Shown in pieces: positions 11,641 to 23,700 of a stretch of DNA of 62,424 bases. Position 1 is the first letter of the stretch; the number at the start of each line of letters is the position of its first letter. This DNA is from Catajapyx aquilonaris (lineage: Eukaryota). The stretch is taken from NCBI GenBank assembly GCA_000934665.2, contig KZ538135.1:62001-124424 (forward strand), written 5' to 3'. A program made the position numbers and the translations under genes. The notes under the pieces were generated by a model. It ran no database searches. It saw only the letters and a program-made list of their open reading frames with translations, and had not been told where the DNA came from.

Positions 11641-11730
11641 TTAGCTGTCTCCTTCCGGACCTGATGCTGCATCGTCGCCTTCGGGTCTCGTCACAAACAG
11701 CAACGACAGAGCTTCCAACGACTGTCGTAC
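11641..11730 (-). CDS. GRAM gene last coding exon (VRQSLEALSLLFVTRPEGDDAASGPEGDS*)
   Basis: ttttgtag acceptor; continues QIAK|VRQSL; TAA at 11643-11641. Confidence 0.85.
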   Translation of the reverse strand, partial: VRQSLEALSLLFVTRPEGDDAASGPEGDS

Positions 11731-14700
11731 CTACAAAAAATAAAATTGGTCAAAATCAAACAAAATTAGCGAAAACTAGAAAAAAAAATCATGTATTTCC
11801 AACCGTCAACTACCACTGTATTTCCAACTGTGCATTGCCACTATTTTTCAGCTTAAATACTATTAATTTAACAAGCAGAGGTCCAGACTGGTTTCTAGGA
11901 ACCATTAATTATTTATCAAAGCGCATGCCACATACAGTAGGCAGTTACATGATTACAGAGCTGGAACAAACACTTAAGCCTCATTATCTAGCAATCAAGT
12001 GGTCTACAAAGCCCATTATCAGGCAGTATAGATAAATGTTTGTGTAAGTTGGACATGCCATGCAATCCTCATACAAAAAATTGTAAGCCTACCAATGATA
12101 TTACTAGGTATGGTTTCTGCCAAAAAAAAACAAAGACAATTGGACATTAGGTCAGGGAGCATATACTACATAAGAGGCGCAAACATTCGATTTTCGCGTC
12201 TCTCTGTTTGGGGGTGTTGCCAAGACTGGCGGCCATTTTGAAGTGTGGGCGACGCCAACGAGGTATAAATAGGGTACAGGCAAAAATAGGGTCCGCCATC
12301 TTTGATTCGCGCGTGTTCTGCCGCCAAAACCATCAAAGATGGCGGACACTACTTTTGCCTGTACCTTATTTATACCTCGTTGGCGTTACCCACACTTCAA
12401 AATGGCCGCCAGCCTTGGCAACGGCTCCAAACAGAGAGACGCGAACATCAAAGAAGTTTGCGCCTCTTATGTAGTAAAATGCTCCCTGATTAGGTAGTGA
12501 ATATGGGCCGTACAAGCTAAGTGTGTTTATCTGTACGTTACAAATTTAAAGCAAATTTCCAATAATTAATTAAGTGACAAGTTGGACACATAACGTCGCC
12601 ATGTTGGATCCACACTCACATGCAAATAATGTTTATCAACAAATTGGTCTGGCACCTTTTTGTTGTCATCAATGTTGATAGACAATCAGATAAATAATCT
12701 GATAGTCCTGTCAAACACATTTCATCATACGGATCTTAGTGACATATATTGTGGCGGGTCATTTACACTGCCAGATGTAAACTTGACCTTGTTTATTAAA
12801 GATCAACTTTGAGAATGTATGAATGACTGTAATGGTCATTAATGCAAACAGGATTCAAAATGGCGGTGGTCATTTCTAGTTTGACCTTTCTGATTTTTTT
12901 TAAAAATTGCTCAAAATTAAATCTTAAAAATCAGCTATAGTCAACCCCCTTCAAAAAACTAAAAAAAAAACTGACTTTGGCAATTTGTCCTACGTTGGCG
13001 TTGAGGAAGCGCTGGAACTCGGAGGCAGATGTGGAGTGCAGGTGAGTTTGGAGCCTGGCCAGCTCCTGGTAGACATAGTCTGTGTCGGTCAACTGTGACC
13101 TCCGTTCCAATTCCTGCTGGATGCTGTTGATCCTCATCAGAAGGACAGACGCTGATAAGAACAGGAGGATCAGAAGGACCGTTGAGAACAGTAGTAAAGA
13201 GGATGACCTGGGCATTGTGGTCAAGCACACGTAACTCCTTTTGATTCCCACCTGTAATGCGGAAAGGTCAAGTCAAATTTTTGCACATTTAAAAAAATGT
13301 ATGCCAAACAGAGTTTCATTATCAGTCATATTTTTTGTTGACTGCTTCACAGCAGGATTTTAAAAATACATATCGCAATTCAATGGCCTCTTTGATATTT
13401 CTGGTTCTTCTCCTTGGCACTGATCCATCCCTATATCCAGACACTACTAGGCCTTATAAATAACAGTAAATAAAATATGTGTTCAGCAGACGGGAGCAAA
13501 GTTCATATTGTGGTACAAATATTTTCTCTAAATTAGTTTCGGGTCATTCCTGACCCCAATCACACAATGTATTGAGCAAGCATGGTAACATTCATATGAT
13601 TGCTTCAGATCCATCGATTTGCGAGTATGTAATTGTATTTAAAAATTCAGACGTCGATCTGAATAAATCTGACGTACATTTCTACCTTGCCAAGGAGAAA
13701 CACCCTATCTGCAAAACTAGTAAGGGTGAAAGTCGTATGCATGTCCTGCGCTAATACCGCCTGAGTCAGGGGGAATTAGGGCAGGGAATGGATGCGACTT
13801 TCACCCTTACTGGTTTTGGAGTTGGGGTGTTTCTCCTTGAGACGGAAGATTATGAAAGGCTCGGGAGAAAAGCATGTTAAACGCCAGTGAAGTTTCTCCA
13901 AAGCTCTTCATTTTAGTGTGACACACAAACTATTAGCGATATTAGACTATTAGAGTATTAGTGTAAAGTATATCACAACAAGTACTAACTCAATTTTAGT
14001 TATGTTATATTTAGAGTAATGAGCAGGGGGCATGTTCGACTCTAATTGTTAATACCCTACAGGCTAACGTATACTATCTTTACCCATCACCCTTTCCCCG
14101 ATAATCAATGTTACAAACAAAACATGCAATAGTTCAAATTGTAATTTTGACCTTTAGCACTTTGAAAAAGGGGAGGAGGAGGTTGAACTTTCTGTACTAA
14201 ACTCCATCCCGAGGTTATATCAATATATCAATAACTCCCAGAGCTTAAAAGGCAATGAACAACTATAACTTGTCCTCTTTGCAACAAAGATTTCCAGTAG
14301 TTTTTTTTCTTCAACTTAATCGCGATTCATGTTAACCTTTATACCCTTCAGATTAGTCCTATCATGTTAAGGCATTTACAGGGTGACGCACTACTCGAAG
14401 TTTCCAGGTCAAGACTGATTGTTTATTCCATCAATCAGTTTATAAACAGAAAGCAACAATCACAACATAAACCGGTTGCTAGGACGAACAATTCAGCCTT
14501 TTAAGCAGTGGACCAACATGTACAAAATATTTAGTAGATAGGGCTGCCAAAACAATTAGTAAGCAGGTGGTTAATTAAGGCCTCATTAAGTTAGGTGGGT
14601 AAACAGGATGCTTCATAATTCCGGTTCAAAACATGTACATAAATGCTGTGGACCATGTGAGAAATGCGACAAATATCCATTGTTATAAAACCCCCAGTTT

Positions 14701-17700
14701 ACACGAGAAGCGAAAAAAACCCGCCACTTTCACATACGAACTAACAATGAATATTAAGAACTGATTTTTCTCACATATTGTGTAATTGACATACTTTTTA
14801 TCATATGACCCAGATGATCATGTGGCACTGTACAACTATGAAACATACTGTACATACAGTGTTCAAGCTGATAAGGTTAGGGGAGGTTAGGTAAGGTAAG
14901 GATAGGGTAAGTTAGGGGAGGTTAGGTAAAATATGGTAAGGTAAAGTAAAGGACGGTCAGGTAAAATAAGGTAAAGTAAGGGGCGGTTTGGCAAAAATAT
15001 AAGGTAAGAAAAAGTAAGGGGCGGTTAGGTAAAAATATAAGGTAAGAAAAAGCAAGGGGAGGTTAGGTAAGAATATAAGGTAAGAAGAAGCAAGGGGAGG
15101 ATAGGTAAAAATATAAGGTAAGAATAAGCAAGGGGAGGATAGGTAAATTATAAGGTAAGGTTAGGGAAGGTTAGGTTTGTAAGCTTGGCCACACTGGGGT
15201 CCTTCAGTCTGTTGGCAGCATAAACCCCATTGTTAAAAATCCTTCAAGCGTGGGCCCCACCACCATCAGCATTGCCTCGAGATGTCCCACCTGCAACTTC
15301 TTGATTGGAACAGCCCCGTTCAACTTCCTAAAACAGGCCCTCACATTGCTGGCGTCGGCGGCGTCCCTGAGGCTGACGGCGTCTGCCCCAAGCTCGCAGT
15401 TGTCCTCAGTCGGTGTGTCCCCTGGTGTGGGTGAGCAGGAATGCTCGATGGCAGAGTCGTTACCACTGATGGACTCGCTGGAGTCCCCGTCCTCCTCAAC
15501 AGCAGCTGTCCTGAAGATGGCCTCTTCTGCAGCTTTTGCCCTTAGGACCTCCTTGGCCTTCTCCTCCGCAAGTTGGTCAGTGCTCCTCTTCCAAACACGT
15601 ATCATCAACTTGTGCGTCGAGTCTCTGGACAAGAGTGACCCGAACACGTGCTTCTCCTCCTTGGTGAACACCCCAACAGCATTAGGGATGATCTTGGCCG
15701 TCTTCTCTTTCGTAATCTTCATGACGGTGTCCACCGGAATCAGGATCTGAAGAAAAAAAAAATCATTGTCAACACTGTCCAGCATTGTCCAACAATGAAG
15801 CTCACCTTGGTAATGTAGCCGAAGACATTTGAGTAGAAGGCAAAGTGATTCTCCGTGATATAGAGGTAACCTTGGAGGAGTATGTCGCCCACCAGCGCGC
15901 ACGAGTAATCTGTCAGATGAGGTCAAAGGTCAGATGTCATCTACCTGTCAGACGGGGCTCATAACTTACAGTCCAACACTGTCTCGTTGGGCGGCAACTG
16001 TTTGAAGTGTCGATGGAACTTCTTCTGGCGAGACTTACTGGAGCTGGGCAGCATCAGCTCTGAGTCTGACCTCGCCGGGGATGACCTCAAGGGCATCGCT
16101 GGGGCGCTGGCACTCAGCTGCTTCAGCGCCTGCCTGGAAATAAACCAAAAAGAAAACAATCAGACTCAAATTATTCCCTTTGAGGGAATTGTCCCAGGTC
16201 AGGTCAAGGTCAAATTATGGGAAGCTTAATCGCACACGATGGTACCATTACATTGTGATAACCTCACACAGTTTGCAACCAACCTGACTTGTCGATGCCT
16301 GAGTCTGACCCATCGTCTGCTGACCTGCCCCGAGAGCGACCTACGTTGTCTCGACCTCATATCTAGTGTAGTTATGTAGGGTTTTCTATTAAGTTTTCCC
16401 CCTAACGGAAAAACGCAAGAGGGCGTAGCGTCCTTGGCGCCACTTGGTTTCCATTATTAATCAGTTCCTTTTACAAACTAGAGCGCGATGTTTACTCAGA
16501 AATGTACGTCATAGCATGTACTATTAAATAGCATGTACTATTAAATAGCCTACACTTTCTTAAAACGTATGAGCGTAAAATATTTGTTTCATCCTGACAT
16601 GATGCAACCCAACAAATTGTTGTATATACAGCACGTAATTTTTATAACACCCTGTGCTGTAGACTTCCGGGAGTGCTAAGGGGGCAAGGGGTCAGTCCTA
16701 CAATAGATATCGTGTCTCCTTGAAGCTAGCTCTATTGATATTGTATAACACTTTAAGATAATTATTATCATTGAATAAGCTGAACATAGTTTTTCGAAGA
16801 CAACTTATGTACCTTTCCAGCGAATTTGGGTCCTGATATGGGGTCCAATTTTGGTTGTATTTTCGGCGGATAGGTCTTGGCGACATGTTGGGCGACACTA
16901 TGGGCGACACTTTGGGCGAAATGTTGGGCGACATGCTGGGCGACACACTGGGTGACGGTGATGGCGACGCTGATGCTGACGATGGTGAGTGTGACTGTTG
17001 TCTTCGCCATTTAGTGATCACCGTGAGTCGCTTAAGGTCCTGCTGACCCTCCGTCTTACTTCGACCTTGTTTGACCTCCATCGCCGACGATTGGTCCAAC
17101 TCGCCGGTACATATCGACGATCGTCGCTCGAATGTTGGCCTCTGTATTGTCGACATCCTTACAGGTCGCTTTAATTGGACGAACTGACGGTAACTGCACA
17201 GGTTATCAATTCAAGGCAGAGATAGATAAGACGTCTTATCTATGATCCTTGAACCTCCCTCTTCAACCGTTGCGTTGGAAAGAATACATCTGGGGGACGT
17301 TCGTAGGTCAAGAGTTATTGCGATTTTTGCAATTTGACACCAATTGCTTCCGTTAACAGCTGCTTATCTTAACTCGTTACATAACTTCCATTGTTAGACT
17401 TTACAGCCAGCAATTCATACAGGAATGTATAGCTGTAACGCAATTGGTCAGGCCAATGATCTTCAAGTAGCTGGTCCGAAAGGTAATGTTCCCACGGCTA
17501 CCTCTCAATGTATTCACATACACATCCATCAAGGACTGATCCAATCAAAGTGATGGACATAAACATAAACAGATCTGGAGTAAACTGACTATGATTACAA
17601 AGGGGGGGTAAAGTGCGCGGTAGTGTTTGTACAGCCAATTTTTGTGGCAGAATTTGACACGTGTTTGTCGGGTGACATTTACTCGAAATGAAATCGATAT

Positions 17701-20700
17701 AATCCCCTACAGGCTTTTTTCTTATTTTTCCTCCAATGAAATGAGAGGATTATTTTGCAAGCCACGTGTGTATTCATTGCGATGTAATCCCAGAAAATGA
17801 GCTTATAAGTGCGCATCAGGACGTCACCATGGCAACACCCTTTCTATACGACGACCGATGGGCTCGTTTTCCTCTTCCACTTGAATGGCTTGTGGTATGG
17901 ATGGATCGAAAGCGACGAGAAAAATCCATGTCAGCATCTTTTGAATGAAGAGTCCGTGGCAAGGAACTTGAACTTGAGATATTCGCAGCGCCGCCATGTT
18001 GGATTCTGGAAATTCCCCGGATGTACATCAGTTCCCCGGATGTACGCCATGTTTTCCCATATTTCCTCTTATCTAATCCCAGCAAACATACCCAATGTAT
18101 CACATAGTTGTAAACAAGGGTCCATAGGGCAAGGAAATGCAGCAGCTGCAGTTCACACACATCCAATGCACTCGGGTGACATCCGGGCATGTGACATCAC
18201 CGTTACTTCTCTTTGGCACAGGGCCCGATGCAAATTCGACTCCAGGCCCCTTAATTGATGTGTGACTAATGGCGGCCCACCTTCATTGGATAATGGATAG
18301 TGGTGGGGGTGCTTATGCTGCAAGGCTCCTATCCCCGTCGGGCATTACTCAAAGGGAGGTCTATTACTGTCCTTATTACTGGGATTGATTTGATGGGTCG
18401 CGTCTTCATCAGAGCTCCGCTATTCCATATACGACTGGCCTCCATGTTGAAGCGCCATGACACTTTAGGGCACAGAAAACTCGGAAGCATTTGTAGCTAG
18501 ATCTGTCATTATTACTCTTATTAGGCTACGGTACTTTTATTTACAAACAAAACTAAATAAAAAACGTAGGCTACAATAAAATTAAATATTAAACAATATT
18601 AAATATTAGAATTAACAAATAAATCTTAAAATAAATATAATAAAAATATACTGATTACTGGATAGATCATTAAAATTGTCCAGGTTTTGAATTAAAGCTG
18701 CGCACATGGGATCAAAGATCAGTTGGAGTCCCATATGGACATTGGGCGTCACACACGCGGTTATCTGCCTCCCATATTGAAACGGGTTGTGCCACTTCAG
18801 GTGATATAAACCACTCGACACAAAAACCGGGACCTTGCGAAACTGCCTCCTATTGATAATGCTTAAAAAAATAATAATCTTATCTAATGTCGACTCTTAG
18901 GATTTAGGGACCGGAAATTGATAACTTGCCCATTTTTTCCCCCCTCTCTCGACCAGTTCATGACTTACGCTTGCATTACGCTCTGATTGCGACCCTGTTG
19001 TCTTTTTCATAAATCAGGTTTTAATTCTCTTCATGGTCTAAAACCAACCGCTTTCCAGGAAATGTCAGGATAATACTAGGGCACCTACGCCCTGTTGAAT
19101 TTTGGAGAGTTAAGCCCACCATGCAAATGAGCACGTCAGTTCCGCCAAAAATGTTTCGGACACTGCATGATACACTCTAAAAAATTTCGATAAGAACTTA
19201 AAAAGGGGGAAAATTTTTCAAAATTCTCTATACATTAATTTCATACTATAAAGTATTAGGTTATTCGCATAATTTTATGAAATATTAGTTATTATATAGG
19301 TGAAATAACACAAATGGGGATGATTTTCCGAATTATTAGTCTGCACATATTAATTTCAAGTTATTGGCAGAATTTCACGATAGCTATTAGGTGCAACACT
19401 GTCGAAATAACCTTCGCCCCCAATAAAAAATGGGCAAGGGCAAGTGATCTGAATAAATCATGACCTGACCTTGAAAAGATAAGTTGGATGGTTTGCGTGA
19501 TAATAACATCCGATAGCAAATAAAAGGGCCGCCCGAAATATGTCGCACGCAAGTCGCGTGTCGTGTCTGACGTCAGTGTGACGTCGACACTAAAATATAC
19601 TCCAGATAGTATATTACACTGAACATATATTGGCAGATGTCATTCCCAGCACCGGAACACAACACGTGTGCACACATTTGGTTAACAATAAGAGTTGGTG
19701 ACGCATGTCTTCTTCCAATCGGATATTCATCGGATGCGACCTCTTGTGTCTTGGGGAACAACTGATTGACCTCGATGACCTCTTTTAAAAAAACTGAAGA
19801 ATAAATAGCCTTTTATGTAACTACTACGGTATGTTTCACTAGTTGTTAACCCTTTACATAACTTACATACACATAGCATATATCTGTGAATTCCTAGCGA
19901 CGTCGCACATACCTGCTCTTCCTCAATTGGGCTAAGCTCCAAGCAATTAACACCCTCTGTCTTTCATAATGAAGGTCATCCATATTGGCACCTTCTACCT
20001 CCTAGGACTCTCCGTGTCACAATGTAAAGCCGATGGAAATGACCCAACCTTAAACATAAATAGTGCCAACATATAGATCGAATAGTTTGTATACCCTCCC
20101 GAACTATTATTATTTATCGGGAAGATCCATGTGGGTCGAAGGTCCTTGAGTGGTCACTTTGTTCGGATGGGGGGGAAGAGGCGCCTGAAATTATTATGGC
20201 GACCTGCTCTGTCACTTGGGACATCGGATTAATAATGCATACGTTTCCATGGTTGCCTTGATGGGGGTTAGGTATACCTTTTTGGTTTATCGACCAACAG
20301 GTGTGTTGATGACCATCAAGTGGAGGGAATTTAGCTGAAAGTGTGGTCAAGTAGTGCCATATTGCGACATCAGCGCCTCTATACGGTGGGACGGAAACAT
20401 AGAGAGCTAGATTTGGGAATGGTTATTTATTAATTATTATTTAAGAAAAATGTAAGAAAACGGTTCGAAATACTGTTTCGAAAAAGTTTCCTAAATCCGC
20501 ACCGAAAATTGTTTCGATAACAATATTGTTAATATTTCAATTACAATTTCGTTACTATTACGATCATAATTTCGATGATTATTTCGACATTTCAATAAAA
20601 TTATGGATAATATGTCGATATTTTGATAACAGTTTCCGATATTTCAATAGATTTATGGTGGATAATATTTCCATGTTTTGATAACAGTTTCGTTAATATT

Positions 20701-23700
20701 TGTATAGCATTTTCGTTAACATCGTGATAACAATTTCGTTAACATCGTGATAACAATTTCGATAACAGTTTCGATAATAATTCGATAACAATTTTCTGAC
20801 TTATAATTTCGATAACATCTCTTAGGCTATAACTAATAATAAAACGAATTTAAAATTAATATAACATTAAATAAAATCAGATAAAACTAAATGCATATTG
20901 AATAAATTCAATATAAAATAATAATCAAATTCAAATTAAATAAGATTAATTATTATTAAATTAAAATCTCACTATAATGGTCCGCCCTATCATGGAAACT
21001 TAAATAAACAAATAAATGAAAATCTACATAACATTTGAATAATATTAAAAATAAATGAACTCAAAGTTAATCAATTAAATCAATTAAAATAAGACGGAAT
21101 AAAATTTAAAACATAAACAAAATTAAATAAATATAAAATGAACGGAAATGAATAGATTATTTCAAACCATATATACCACTACCCCTCACCAGACCCTTAG
21201 AGTGGCAGGATGCGCCATCTATACGTGAGTGTCATGGCAATGCACTACGTCGACAGGTTAACAAATAGACGCCATTTCACAGCCATATTGCAGGTGACAG
21301 CCCCCCCACTCAGGCCAACAATAGCCCCACTTGTACGGACAATACCATTCATAAAAATCCAATGGACTCCAAGCAGCGCCATCTGTAGTCACCAACCTTC
21401 GCGTGTAAACGAACTCGCGCGGTTACATCGCTCCTGAACGCTTTCCGATCTAGATAGTTTTAAAAATAAAACTCCCCGCTAGTTGTGGCCAAAAAATTTC
21501 CGTCGAAATAGTTGGAAACAGTGACTCGTCTAGTGTGAGTAAACTTGAGGTTAGCGCATCTGGCAAACTCGTGACGTAAAATTCGCCAGTAAAAATTACC
21601 CCCCAGTCGTAAAAGTTTTTCCCCCGGAATAGTCAAAAGGTTATTTGCTTTTCTTCGGAAAAAAAAATATCGCAATGTGTTGGAAGTAAATATTTACTGG
21701 TGGTTTATCCTTATCAACAAAAGGTGGCGTATACAACAGTCAGTATTAATTTTTTGCGGTACGTGAGACGCATGACTTGTTGATAACAGTAATTAGGGTT
21801 GTTACGCAATGATATCTGGATATTGCTAATTTTTTAGAGACTCACGCAAATGGTCGCAAAAAATTTGCAAAAATTCAAGGTTGGATAGTTTTGCATACGC
21901 AAAATTTTGCTGTAATCTCCATGCTTGATTGTGTAGAAATTTTTTGCATGTTTCATGTTTTTTGTTTGTTTGTAATAATAATATAATATAATAGTTATTT
22001 TATATTACCTGTCGCCCTTGTTGAATGCGTGGTGCTGCTTTTGCCTAGGGCTGGCAGGCATGATGATTCCTGGAGCTACGAAGGTGGCGTTTCGAGCCAA
22101 GTAGCTTGGCAACTGGTGGTGAAGGTGATGGTGGTGACCTTCGACCTCGGCCTCTCCGTCGACGCCACCGACGCCCAAGATGCCGCTGGAGACCGAGCCA
22201 GGAGTAGTGGGGCTGGTCGGCGCTGACCCCAACAAACTGCCCGCACTCGACCTGGAAGGTGACAATAGAGAAAAGGTGGTCACAACAGGGTCAAAGGTCA
22301 AATGGTAGAAACCGCTGCATTTTTGTAAAAATAAAATATTCGCTGGGCTCTGGAACAAAAATTCAACAATATTTTTGAGCCGGTTTAAATTTCAGCAATT
22401 AGTTGCAATAATTTATTAGGTAACCAGTATTCAGGGTCAAAAGGTCAATGGGTAGAAAACGCTGCATTTTTGTACTGTGGGATCTGAAACCAAAATTCAA
22501 CAATTTTTTGGAACCGGTGGAAATTTCAGTCATTTTTGCAATAATTTGCTAACCATTATTCAGGGTCAAAGATCACGATCGGAGTCAAAAGGTCAAATAC
22601 TGAAAACCCCGCATTTTTGTTAAAAACATTACGCTGTGTCTGGAACAAAAAATTCAACAATTTTTGGTACTGGTTCAAATATCAACCATTTTTGAAATAA
22701 TTAGATGACAATTACTTAGGGTCAAAGGTAGCGAACCTGGGTCAAAAGGTCAATTGGTAGGAAACACTGCATTTTTGTGCAAAAATTAATGGCGCCGGAT
22801 GCTCTTCGATCCGGTGCGAATTTCATCTATTTCTTTTTCCAATAATGAGGTAACCATTAGTCAGGGTCAAAGGTCGCGACCTGGGTCAAAAGGTCAAATA
22901 TAAAAAACACTGGATGTTTGTGGGGAAAAATAATTCCGCTGGGTTCCGGATCAAAAATTGAACCATTTTTCGATCCAGTTCAAGTTTCTTCCACCCCCCC
23001 CCCCCCCAATACTTAGTAAGCCATTATTCCTCCAGTTGATTGGATTGAATCAGTGACCACCGGAGGCCAATCCGGGCGCAATAAACGCGTTAATCCGGAT
23101 ATTGACTCCACCTTTTCCCCCCTCCCTAATGACTATAACAATCCGATAGAACTTTGTGACATTTAGCGCAATAAAAACCGGTTATTTTTTTTTGAAGGTA
23201 GTGTTGTACGAGGGTCGTCCAATAAGTTCTGAGCCTAAGGTAGATGGTGTGGGCTGATAATGATGTCCTTCCACCTGAAGGTCGTGACACTCATTAGAGC
23301 AACAACCCCCAAACTTCACCCCGATTGCATCATTCTATCAGGAAATACTGGCACTTGAAGGCGTGAAAGTGCGGATTAGTCTCCGACATTGACAAAATCG
23401 AGCTGCGAGCGGTGATCAAATTCTTCCAGAAAAAGGGGATGATCCCTAAGAAGATTCACGAGGACATGAGGGAAACACTGTTTGACGAAGCTCCTTCATA
23501 TGCCACTGTCAAAAGGTGGGCACGGGATTTCAAGATGGGTTGGGAGAGTGTGGACGATGACCCCCGCTCGGGCCGCCCAGCAACGGCAACCACTGCGGAG
23601 AACGTCAACCGCATCCATGACATGGTCATGGCAGACGGCCAACTCACCTCAGGGAGATAGCCACGGCGATGGCCATCTCGCGAGGTACTGTGAATTCAAT

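Noticed and set aside
13370..13452. Possible extra GRAM micro-exon (LVVSGYRDGSVPRRRTRNIKEAIELRY)
   Set aside because: Weak splice sites and needs a phase-1 upstream donor that was not found.
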